A stretch of DNA of 64,000 nt from positions 860,208-924,207 of the forward strand of contig BCIN01000001.1 in the NCBI GenBank assembly GCA_039545335.1, in the 5' to 3' direction. A program made the position numbers and the translations under genes. Shown here piece after piece: positions 1 through 11,677 of this stretch; position 1 is the first letter of the stretch, and each line of letters opens with the position of its first letter. The stretch is from Kondoa subrosea (taxonomy: Eukaryota). The notes below the pieces were generated by a model. That model was not told the DNA's origin. It saw only the letters and a program-made list of their open reading frames with translations, and ran no database searches.

Positions 1-3000
1 CTTTACTCAATTCCGAACAACTACCTGCCTATTTCGAATCTTCTCGAATTCATATCACCGCTTTAGTCGTCGCTTCCTATTCTGGAGAAGGATCTGACTT
101 CTCTCATCATTTGGCTAAATCGGAATTAGGGACTTGGTTGAAAGAAGAAGGCATTCCTGCACTCTATGGTGTTGATACTCGTGCTCTTACCAAGAAATTA
201 CGTCAAGGTGGTTCGCTCTTAGCTAAAGTATTGGCAAGAAAAGCTACTTCTGCCAGATCATTATCGACTCGCAAAGGTCCAAGAGGATGGGCAGAAGATT
301 ACGCAGATATACCTATGCATGACCCAAATGTCGAGAACTTGGTAGCAAAAGTCTCAAGATCTCAACCTAGACTTTACAAACCCTCTGATCTGTCTTCCGA
401 TATCAAAACACTTTTACATCCAGAAGGTCGACCACTTCGAGTTGTTGCAATAGACGTCGGTATGAAATACAACCAAATCAGATGTTTCCTGATGCGAGGT
501 ATTGAATTGAAATGCGTCCCTTGGAATTACGACTTCACTTCCTCCAGCGAAGAAGCCTTCGACGGTCTTTTCATCTCCAATGGTCCAGGTGATCCAACTT
601 CAGTACAAGAAACCATCAAACGTATTGCGACAATGATCGAAAGGGCTTCTGTACCCATTTTCGGTATTTGTTTAGGTCATCAATTGTTGGCTTTAGCTGC
701 CGGTGCATCAACCATCAAAATGAAATATGGTAACCGAGGTCAAAATATTCCATGCACGGATTTGATTTCTGGAAGATGTTACATTACTTCTCAAAATCAC
801 GGCTATGCTGTCGATACTTCTTCTTTACCTTCTGGATGGAAAGAATTGTTTGTAAATGCAAACGATGGTTCAAACGAGGGTATCTACTCTACAGAGAAAC
901 CTTACTTTTCTGTACAATTTCATCCGGAATCTACTCCTGGTCCAAGAGATACTGAATTCCTCTTTGATGTCTTTATCAACAATATTGTTACCTTTAGAAA
1001 AGAAGGAAGATTAGTTCCTGTGATTATGCCTGGTGGTCTTGCTAAAGAAAACGCTGCGAAAAATCCAAGAGTTCATGTTAAGAAAGTACTCATCTTGGGA
1101 AGTGGTGGTCTTTCTATTGGTCAAGCTGGTGAATTCGATTACTCTGGCAGTCAAGCTATCAAGGCTTTGAAAGAGGAAGGGATCTATACTATTGTACGTG
1201 GTGGTGATGTTGTGCTGGTTCTCTGCTAGATCTTCACTGCTTCGTACAGCTCATCAATCCCAACATAGCAACCATTCAGACCTCCTCTGGTTTAGCAGAC
1301 AAAGTCTACTTCTTACCCGTTACACCTGATTTCGTTCGCAAAGTTATTCAACATGAGCGTCCTGATGGTATCTATGTCACTTTCGGTGGTCAAACCGCTT
1401 TGAACGTCGGTATCAAGCTCAAAGATGAATTCGAAGGCTTAGGGGTCAAAGTTCTTGGTACTCCAATTCAAACCATCATCACTACTGAAGATCGAGAATT
1501 ATTCGCAAACGCAATGTTGGAAATCAATGAACGTTGTGCTCAATCTGCTTCAGCTACTACTATTGAAGATTCCATCAAAGCAGCAGAGGAAATTGGTTAT
1601 CCTGTTATTGTCAGAGCTGCTTTCGCTTTAGGTGGTTTGGGTAGTGGGTTTGCTCAGAACACGCCTGAGTTGGTAGAACTTTGCACCAAAGCGTTCGCTA
1701 CTAGTCCTCAAGTTTTGATTGAGAAGAGTATGAAAGGCTGGAAGGAAATCGAGTACGAAGTCGTACGTGATTGCAGAGACAACTGTATTACGGTCTGTAA
1801 CATGGAGGTGAATATCTTATCTTGTCGTGATGAATTTGCCTTTTGACTTATGTGCATACAGAACTTCGATCCTCTTGGTATCCACACCGGTGATTCAATC
1901 GTTGTTGCGCCCTCTCAAACGCTATCGGACGCAGACTACAATATGCTTCGAACAACAGCAGTCAATGTCATTCGACATCTCGGAGTTGTCGGTGAATGCA
2001 ACATCCAATATGCGCTCAATCCAGACTCTCAAGAGTACTGCATCATTGAAGTCAACGCTCGTCTTTCTCGTTCTTCCGCTTTGGCTTCGAAAGCAACTGG
2101 TTACCCCTTAGCCTTCATTGCAGCTAAACTCGGTCTGGGCGTTCCTCTCAATGAAATTCGCAACACTGTCACGAAGAGTACTTCAGCTTGCTTCGAACCT
2201 TCTCTCGATTATTGTGTCATCAAGATTCCTCGTTGGGATCTCAAGAAGTTCCAAAGAGTCAGCACTGCGCTCAGCAGTAGCATGAAGAGTGTTGGTGAAG
2301 TTATGGCTATTGGTAGAACTTTCGAAGAAACAATTCAGAAAGCGATTCGTGCGATAGATCCGCAATTTGCGGGTTTTGGCGGTGTATGCGCTCTCGCTAC
2401 TCTTACATAGACATATGCTGATAATATCAACAGAACGACTATTCTGACGATATTGACCATGAACTGGCCAATCCATCGGATAAGCGGATCTTCGCCATTG
2501 CTAACGCAATGAAGTCTGGATACTCTGTCGACAAGATTTGGCAGCTGACCAAAATTGACAAGTGGTTCCTGAACAAGCTCATGCATATCATTGACCTGGA
2601 AGGCATGGTCTCGTAAGTCCTCATGCATGAGAGCTTTGAATGCGTACTGAATTTCAATAGGCGATACAATGCTGGTTCTATTCCTCCCACTTTAGTCTCG
2701 CACGCCAAGCAGATGGGTTTCTCGGACAAGCAATTGGGCAATTTGCTACACTCCAACGAGCTTGCTGTCCGAAGAGTTCGTCAAGAATATGGCATCTTCC
2801 CCTTCGTCAAGCAGATTGACACAGTAGCCGCCGAATTCCCTTGCTTCACGAATTACCTCTACACTACATACAATGCAGCTGAGAACGATGTCGAGTTTGA
2901 AGATCATGGTGTAATGGTTCTTGGTTCAGGTGTCTATCGAATCGGTTCTTCAGTCGAATTCGATTGGTGTGCTGTCAGATGCATTCGAACACTTCGTGAA

Positions 3001-6000
3001 AGAGGAATGAAGACGATCATGGTCAACTACAATCCTGAAACAGTCAGTACAGATTATGACGAAGCCGATCGACTATACTTCGAGACAATCACTCTTGAAA
3101 CGATTTTGGACATCTACGAGCTTGAACGCTCTGGAGGTGTTATCATCTCTGTTGGTGGTCAGACTCCTAACAACATCGCTCTCCCTCTTCATCGACAAAA
3201 TGTCAAGATATTGGGTACATCGCCAGAAATGATTGATACTGCTGAAAATCGCTACAAATTCTCTCGCATGTTGGATCGCATACAGGTCGATCAACCACTA
3301 TGGAAAGAGCTGACGGATATGAAGGAAGCTCATACCTTCTGCGACAAAGTTGGCTACCCTGTCCTCGTCCGACCTTCCTATGTTCTGTCAGGAGCGGCAA
3401 TGAATGTTGTCTACTCTGCTGACGATCTTGACGACTACCTTTCGCAAGCTGCTGATGTATCTCGCGATCATCCTGTTGTCATCACGAAGTATATTGAAGA
3501 GGCAAAGGAAATCGAGATGGACGCTATCGCGAAGAATGGCAAGCTCGTCATGCACTACATTTCCGAGCATGTTGAAAACGCTGGTGTACACTCCGGTGAT
3601 GCTACACTGATCCTTCCACCACAAGATTTGGATCCCGAAACAATCAAGCGGATTGAAATTGCGACTCAAAAGATCGCCAATGCTCTGAATGTCACTGGAC
3701 CGCTCAACATTCAATTCATGGCCAAGAATAACGAGATCAAGGTCATCGAGTGCAATCTCAGAGCAGCTCGATCATATCCTTTCGTATCCAAAGTCACGGG
3801 AATCGATGCAATTACGATGGCTACAGACGTTATGCTTGGCTTCCCAGTCACTCCTTATCCACCTCATACTATGCCAGAGAACTATGTCGGAGTCAAAGTG
3901 CCTCAATTCAGTTTCAGTCGCTTAGCTGGAGCGGATCCTGTTCTTGGTGTGGAAATGGCTTCGACTGGAGAAGTTGCATGCTTTGGCAACGATCGTTATG
4001 AGGCCTACTTGAAGGCATTGCTGTCAAGCGGCATGACAATCCCTAAGAAGAATATCCTGTTCTCAATTGGCTCATACAAAGAAAAGTTGGAAATGTTGCC
4101 TTCAATTAAGAAGTTGCATAAACTGGGCTTCAACCTCTTTGCTACTGCTGGTACTTCAGACTTCATTCAGGAACATGGCATATCAGTCAAATACCGTGAG
4201 TTTTCTGTGGTTTTTCTTCGATTTGTCTAATGCTCGGGTCAGTGGAAGCATTGGTAGACGAAGATGCTTCCGGTATCGACCGCCAGAAGCTTGAATACTC
4301 TTTGAACCAGCATATCGCCAACAACCTGATTGACTTATACATCAATCTGCCGTAAGCTAAGCTAACTAACCAGTTGCTCGGTCTGTACTAATAGCTACTG
4401 CAGTTCTAAGAATCGCTTCAGAAGACCCGCAAGCTATATGAGTAAAGGATACAGGTCCCGAAGAATGGCTGTCGATTTTGCTGTTCCCCTTGTCACAAAC
4501 GTCAAATGCGCCAAGCTTTTCATTGAGGCTTTGGCTAGAAAACCCAACTTCGCTATTGATATAGTCGACTGCAAGAGCTCTCACCGAACAGTCACTCTTC
4601 CTGGTCTGATCGCACTCAATGCTTTCGTGCCGAATTTGGCAGAAGCTGGAGACCGCTCGGTAGTAGAAGCTTCCGCAGCGGCTTTCCGTGGTGGCTTTAC
4701 TGCTATGCAGCTCAGTAGCAAGGGCGCCACTACATCAGCTCAATTCAATGCCTCTCGTGCCAACGCTAGTGGTTTCAGTTTGTGCGATTTTGCGCTTTCA
4801 ATCTCTGCAAGCGGAACCAACGTCGAAGAATTGACATCTTCTCTGGATATCACGGCTCAATCTCTTCTCGTTCCTTATCACAATGTCAACAGTACTGTCT
4901 TGGTAGATGTCGCAGCGGTGGCAGCTCACTTCGACTCTTGGCCCTCTGATCGACCTCTCGTTACAGATGCAAAGAAAACTGAATTGGCTTCCACTTTGCT
5001 CTTGGCAAATCTACATGGTCGATCAATTCACGTGACAGGTGTATCTACCAAAGAAGATATCGAATTAATAGCTCTGGTCAAAGCACGCAACCTCAAAGTC
5101 ACTTGCGATGTTGCGATCTACTCTCTCTTCTTCACGCAGGACGAATTCCCTGGTGCAACATGCTTGCCCACAAAAGTCGACGCCGCAGCTCTATGGGCAA
5201 ATATGCGTAACATTGACGCTTTCTCCATCGGCAGTCTTCCCTACGAAATGGCTCGTGATCTCCAACAGCCTTATACAGCTGCAGCCGGTCTGGAAGAAGC
5301 TCTGCCTCTTCTCTTGTCCGCCGTATCAGACGGTCGCTTGACCATTGCCGATATCACTTCTCGTCTTGCCGATAACCCGCGAGCTATCTTCGGTCTTGAA
5401 ACTCAAGCAGAAACTTATGTGGAAATTGAAGCAGACAGAAGCGCTGCACTCTCGCAAGCTCCCCAATGGTCACCTTTGGCTCATCGCGTTTTGACCGGTT
5501 CAGTTCATCGTGTCGTTGTCCGAGGGACTACAGCGTACTTGGATGGCAAGGCTGTTGCGCCGGCGGGATCAGCGGTCGACCTTGGTGATTCTGGACTCGC
5601 TCTGGCACAAAGAAAGAAGACTGCTCGCTTTTCATTGTCAAATGCAACTAGACCGACTCTTCAACCATCATACTCCAGCAATGCAAACTTTGATCGTTCA
5701 CCGAAAGACAGCAGTTTCGCTGCACAAATCACTAAGTCACCTACTCTTCGGTCGACCACAAGCGCAAACCAATCACGCAGTCTTCTTCAGCCAAGCGCGA
5801 TGTCACTCAATGGGCTCGGAAGCGCATCTGCCAATACTTCTCTTTCGGCGTACCCCTCAGACCCTGCATTCGCTCGCAGACATGTTCTCACTGTCAAGCA
5901 GTATACTCGTGAAGATCTGCACACCCTCTTCAGCATAGCTCACGAGATGCGAGTTTCGGTAGAAAGAAACAGCTCCATCGAGCTTCTACGCGGCAGAGTG

Positions 6001-6894
6001 CTCTGCACCCTATTCTTTGAACCATCAACACGTACATCTACCTCTTTCGAGGCTGCAATGCTGCGCCTTGGTGGAAAAGTCGCTTCCGTGCCGGTAAATC
6101 AGTCGTCAATCACGAAAGGTGAAACTCTTCCAGATACAATCAGGACGGTAGCGTGCTACTCCGACGCTATCGTTCTTCGACATCCCGATGTAGGCAGCTC
6201 ACAATTGGCAGCCAAATTCTCACCTGTCCCGATCATCAATGCCGGTGACGGAACTGGCGAACATCCAACACAGGTCAGACCTTGACATGCTATGCGTATG
6301 TGGCAGACCTGACGTAATCCATCTCGTGCAGGCTATGTTGGATGTATATACTATTCGTGAAGAATTAGGAACGGTAAATGGTTTGACGGTCACATGTCAG
6401 TCAATGTCACCTGCGATAGAGCAATACTTATACCACATACAGTGGTGGGCGACCTGAAGAATGGAAGAACGGTTCATAGCTTGGTTCGAGTTCTGGCGCT
6501 TTACTCAGTCACCTTCAACTTCATCTCGCCTCCTTCTCTGGGCATGCCTGATTCTGTCAAAGCCGATGTGCGCCGTGCTGGCCTCTCTTTCAATGAGTCT
6601 ACCAGTCTCGAAAGCGTCATTGGCCAATCGGATGTCCTTTATGTCACAAGAGTGCAGCAAGAACGATTTGCAAATCAAGCAGAATATGAATCTGTCAAGG
6701 ACGCTTATATTGTCAACAATGATCTGCTTGCAAAAGCTCGTCCTCATATGGCTATCATGCACCCTTTGCCAAGAAACGCCGAAATTGACCCGGAGGTTGA
6801 TTTCGATAGTCGAGCTGCCTACTTCCGCCAAATGAAGTACGGATTGTTCATCAGAATGGCATTGTTGTCCCTTCTCCTTTCGCCATCAGCATAG
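1..6894 (+). CDS. URA2: Multifunctional pyrimidine biosynthesis protein (glutaminase + carbamoyl-phosphate synthetase + inactive DHOase-like domain + aspartate transcarbamylase); 5' end lies outside the window; multi-exon
   Basis: GATase motifs GICLGHQ and FHPE. CPS motifs [25 protein letters not shown] and [15 protein letters not shown]. ATCase motifs [20 protein letters not shown] segments are joined by GT-AG introns (e.g. 1194-1249). Confidence 0.97.
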
Positions 6895-7150
6895 ATGGCT
6901 TTTCAAGCCACAAATTCGCCGTTACAGTAACTGCAACAGAAGCTGACAGAGTATAGGGCGAACTAGAGGAAGAATCGCAGTTTAGAGCGATTCTGTATAT
7001 AGACGAACCACGCATCTTACCTTTGTAGTAGTATCAGTAGCACGTTAGACGACTTTACCAAGTCAAAAAGCACTAGCATTTCCCATTTGCATTGTATCGC
7101 ATTGAAATCCCGTCTGTCTTTCCGTGAAGTGCGTTGACTTGATTTTTCGC

Positions 7151-8101
7151 CTAGATCTTTTTGAATACCCTGATCAACACTCTACTGTTCTCCAATTTGA
7201 GTGGATAGAGAGATGTTCCACCTTCGATGCGATACCATTCTGAATCTGTTGCCTCACACTCTTCCCAACCTCCATCAGTCGCCATCCCTAGCGCATGATC
7301 CAATAGAAAGCCAAGTGGATAGCTTCTTCCATCTTTCCCGACCGGTACGGAAGATAAATCGGCGCTTTCGACTATTAGAAGAAGATCATCTGGAAGTGCG
7401 ACTGAAGTGAGATGAGTTAGAAGAGCGACGGTCTTTGGTCTTGACTGCAGAAAGAGCTCAGAGATAGTGAAGAATATCTACTCGCACATCAGCAATGCGA
7501 CTCTACAATTGGTGAAAAGGTAACTGACTGTAAATACGCAAGGTGTCTCGCGAACCTGCGGCAGCGCTTCTTTTAGCAGCTGAGCAGTGACTTCTTGATC
7601 CAAGATGTCGACATTAGGACGATCAGTCAGAGATAGGCGAGAAGAGCAACCCATAGCTTCGAGAATGCCTTCTGTCGCCTCTGTCCAGTTGGCTATGTCT
7701 ACTTGGGTAAGATGGTAGGCAGAGTTTGGTAAAGAGAGAGCGATTGAAGCAAGGGCCATCTGCTCGCTTGCGCAACCAGCTCCGAAGCATACAAAGGAAA
7801 GTTTTCGATCAAGCGAGAGATGTGAAGAAAGTTTGGATCGAAGAAGACGACGATAGATAATTGCGCGTGCTGGTACCCATCGTGCGAAGTATGCTCGAAG
7901 CTTGTCAGCAGACCCGAAAGCAGCAGCATAATCTTTTGCGTATAAGTCTGTCTTGACCTGTTGCAGCGTCGCTTGGAAATCACTGCTTTCGATTGTTGGA
8001 GTCGTCAGAGTCTTGCATATACTCAACAAATGCATCTCTTCTGTTGATAGCCTGTTCTCTGTTGATTTCTGCTTTGCTGAAGGTGCTCGCCGTCGATTCA
8101 T
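7151..8101 (-). CDS. BMT6: 25S rRNA uridine-N3 methyltransferase, BMT6-like
   Basis: AYFARWVPARAIIY resembles the BMT6 RWSPSRALAY motif. SAM-binding-like segment VCFGAGCASE. The spliced C-terminus reads LLLIVES...WYRIEGGTSLYPLKLENSRVLIRVFKKI*. Confidence 0.75.
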
Positions 8102-8569
8102 GTTTGCACACTTCTCGCGGTGACAGGGCAATGATCTTCTCTCTGCTATTCGTCACGTCTCTGGGTAGACTTTTCTTCACTCTCTCTTTTCGCTCGGTAT
8201 GGTTGCTGCCGCTTGAAAGAAACAATAATGTTCTTCGAGTTAAGTCATAGAATCGAATTGACAAAGCAGCATATACGAGATCTGTCTCTGCGCGTCTCCC
8301 GAAAACTACCTGTCTGATCGGAGCGGCCGCTCATAGCCTTATGAAGAAGGTTCAAGCTGTGACAAAGATCAGATGTGCGTGCATCGCTCAGACACACTGC
8401 CTGCGCAGCGGACCACCTTCTTTTACCCTGCTACACGCATCTGATGAGTATGCATGGTTCTCAGGCGGGAAAAGAGAGGCTTCTGACTCGAACAATTTGC
8501 ACTGCTTTCAACATTTCTGGCGAGTCTTTTCCGGAAATCAGCTCTCTTCTCCTCAAAGCTGCTCTCATT

Positions 8570-8918
8570 ATGACTTCCAACATCCTCCATTCCTTTCGTG
8601 CTATCCAAATCAGACATCTTCCGCTATCAAGCAAATCGAAAATGACAACCTTCTTACCAAAACTAAAGCATTGTAGGTTATTCTTCTCAAGAAGACACAG
8701 CAGACTGATAATGACTCGTAGCTCATAAGCGGGCGAGCCTTCTTTCCTTGCTCTTTCCTTCACTTTGCCTCACAAAGAAACGCGAAGTGGTCCAGCGCTC
8801 ACCAAAGACAGAAAGACCTCTACAATTCACACCAATACCACAATGGAAGACATCTCGGTGCAGCAGCAGATCGCAATGCCTGATCCCAATACCAGAAGGC
8901 AAAGAATTGGTCTTATAG
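8570..8918 (+). CDS. Possible small hypothetical protein, 2 exons
   Basis: Removing a 47-nt GTAGGT..CTGAT..TAG intron (about 8672-8720) joins MTSNILHSF...KLKH to an open frame ending CLIPIPEGKELVL*. No family recognised. Confidence 0.3.
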
Positions 8919-8975
8919 TTGCGAATCGGAAGCATGGAATGTGAAATTGTTACATGTGAATAGGTGCGTATTGCT

Positions 8976-9465
8976 TTACAACTTGGATGCTCGCTCATTT
9001 GCTTTGAATCCTTCATCTTTGTCCAAAGGCTTTTGCTGTATTAAGAATGCTCAAAGAAGGGCAGATGTCGCGGAGACAATAGCTTACAGGGAACCGATCC
9101 TCGCCTTTGCCAGAACCTTTGTTATATCCTACTCTGTTGCCGAATTCTGTGTAGCATTCTTAAGCTAGAGTTGTGAAAGCGAATAATGATGTACTTACTG
9201 TCGCCCTCCTTTTCAGCTTGTTCGAGATCGGCAGACTTATCAGGTCCGCGGGCATAGGCTCGCTTGTCACCATCTTTCTCCTCTAGCTTCTGCACCTTCT
9301 TGAGTTCCTCCTAGAGCGCTTGAAGTAAGAATGGAGCCCCTGACTTTGGAAATCGGACATTCAAGCTCACTTCAGTCTTTCGGTTCTGCGTATATTCCTG
9401 CAGGCATGAATAGTAAATAATGTTTCGCGTGCAACAGCCGGTGTACTCACCTGAGTGCGAGTCAT
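8976..9465 (-). CDS. Small (~90 aa) hydrophilic protein, 5 exons
   Basis: Four canonical introns (GTGAGT, GTGAGC, GTAAGT, GTAAGC donors) splice in frame to MTRTQ|EYTQNRKTE|EELKKVQKLEEKDGDKRAYARGPDKSADLEQAEKEGD|KFGNRVGYNKGSGKGEDRFP|QKPLDKDEGFKANERASKL*. Confidence 0.7.
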
Positions 9466-10021
9466 TATGAGAATTGGTTGGAGAGCAACAAGCACATTCA
9501 CATGAAAGTTGATCGTGACGCCTAGATCGAGAGGCTATTCTGTCGCTCGCTGATTTGACTCAGGAGTGTGGTATCTCTTATTCATGTCAGTCTCTTCTCT
9601 CAGTAGTGCTCGACGTGTCCGATGATTCAAATCGCTACTTGCTACACTGGTCCAATTCTTACTTTGTATTCTCTTGAGCCTATGCACATCATCGCAATGG
9701 CCTGATTCAGTCCTTCTCTCGATCGCTATCTTCTGCGATGTATTACTATTGTGTTTCAAATCTCTTCCCATCCTGAGTCAATTGACTTTTCACTCGCTCA
9801 AGACTTGCAACTGCCTTGCCCTTCATAGTGCTCATCTATTCCTATGGACTTCACGTGTGCATGAGCCTTTTCCAAGCAATTTTCGTACAATATGGGAGCG
9901 TTCTTTGCCGGTTCCGTCTTTTCACAATGACGGTTCCGTTCGTCATCGTATTTGCAAATTTGTAATAGCGTTTTTCGCAAATCTCTGGGTTTTTGCCAAC
10001 CACTTTCGTATTCTTCACAGC

Positions 10022-11155
10022 ATGGATTCTCAAACTCAACAAGTCATCAATTCTACGGTGATTAACTTCAACGGGGGTCGGGCCAGTGCAGCTGATTTGG
10101 CTCCTGCTATAGTGTTTGGTGTCTTAGTGAGTCCAGCATGTATACATTGGATATCACTCACAAGACTATCTAGCTCTTCCTCTCGCTACCTCTGCTTGCT
10201 TGGAGATGCGCAAGCAAGAAAAATCGCAACAAGATCTTAATCAACGCCGTCGTGTTCTTTCTACTTCGACTGGCTTCCCTCATCATACGAGCCTACATGT
10301 CACGACGTACCTATTCTGAAGGCACTCTGATCGCCGAAGAAATCCTGACATCCATCTCATATCTACCTCTGTTAAACGCAGCGATTGGCTTGTGAAAACA
10401 ACACGTAGTACATCAAGAGGAACGTGCAGAACATAGTGATGGCGGTGATCTACGAGACGAGAAAGCGCATTACCAGAAGAAGGCAAAGTGGGTAAACTAC
10501 GCGGGATGGTAAGTGCTGTTTGGCAACGTCTACTTTCAAGACGAGCTTACACTTATACAGGTTCCTGCGCTTTCTGCTTCTGGCTGCTCTTATCACCGCT
10601 ATTGCGGCGGCGGCTATACTCAGAAGAAATTACTCCAGGCAAACCCAGGCGAACACGATCAGAAATCTTCTCAAAGCTAGCTACGTGGTCTCGCTAGGTG
10701 AGAACAGTGCTTCAATGCATTAACTACTCTGACATTTTCCCCTAGTCGTCAACGTGGTCAACCTGCTGCTTGTCATACTCAGGACCATCGTCAATCATGA
10801 CTCTTTCCGCACTACTGCTCTGATGTATGCCTACTCTCTGCCTCTATTGGTTGTATCGATATACAGAGTGGTATGTGATTTTAAAGGTCCCCTCTTCGAT
10901 AGCACACAACACTATCTCATCTATAGGTCGAAATCTTCTCGTGCTTCCAAGCGACTCGTACTCAGCTCATTGCTTTCTGGGTAGCCATGATCACATTTGA
11001 AGTGTAAGCGTCCTTTTTCGTCTTTAACATAAGCTCATCAGTCTATTAGTATCGCCTATGCTATTCTGCTCTCGGTATCCATCCCTAAGTGGCTTAATAG
11101 CTATCGCGACAGACATAATAGTGCTGACAATGAGAAGCGAACGCTTCGATCATAA
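10022..11155 (+). CDS. Multi-pass membrane protein, uncharacterised (RTA1-like topology possible)
   Basis: Starts MDSQTQQVINSTVINFNGGRASAADLAPAIVFGVL. Several hydrophobic helices across exons (e.g. FLRFLLLAALITAIAAAAIL, YAYSLPLLVVSIYRV). Ends ...SIPKWLNSYRDRHNSADNEKRTLRS*. Confidence 0.6.
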
Positions 11156-11677
11156 ATCGTGGTCTACGACGGCGATATCGGGTTTCGAGCGAAGAAGTAC
11201 TTAGTATAGCTTCACGGTAATACTGCTGAGATGTCTGAAATGATGACCAGCATTGATTAGGTCCTCGAACGTGCGGCACAAGCTTTTTTGTGCACATTCC
11301 TCGAGTTTCATGATCTGAGATTGTCAATATTGTATCCTCTCGTCGCCTTCTCACGAGAGTAGCGACTTACTGTCTACCATCATGTCCGTCTCGGACACTT
11401 TCAAGTTGAGAGGGCTTTCGAAGCGAATCTTTTTGAGCGTAGCTTATATGCACATCGTACAGATTCGCTGTACGTTCAACGCCCCTTTGCTCAGTCTCAC
11501 ATCTCTCTTCTGTAGTCTTTCCGTAGTGACGCCATTGATATTTGAGCGCGACCGCGTGTGTGCTTCGAGTATTAATAGACTCTAGAAACCTGAAGTCTGG
11601 TCAGAAGCGACCACGTTCGTGCCGTGGTCTGCTATATTGAACTTAGCCTGTCTTCCTCTTGACCCATCCAAGTTGCA

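Noticed and set aside
9674..10021. 5' part of the 188-aa ORF
   Set aside because: Begins at a non-ATG codon. The plausible protein starts at the ATG at 10022.
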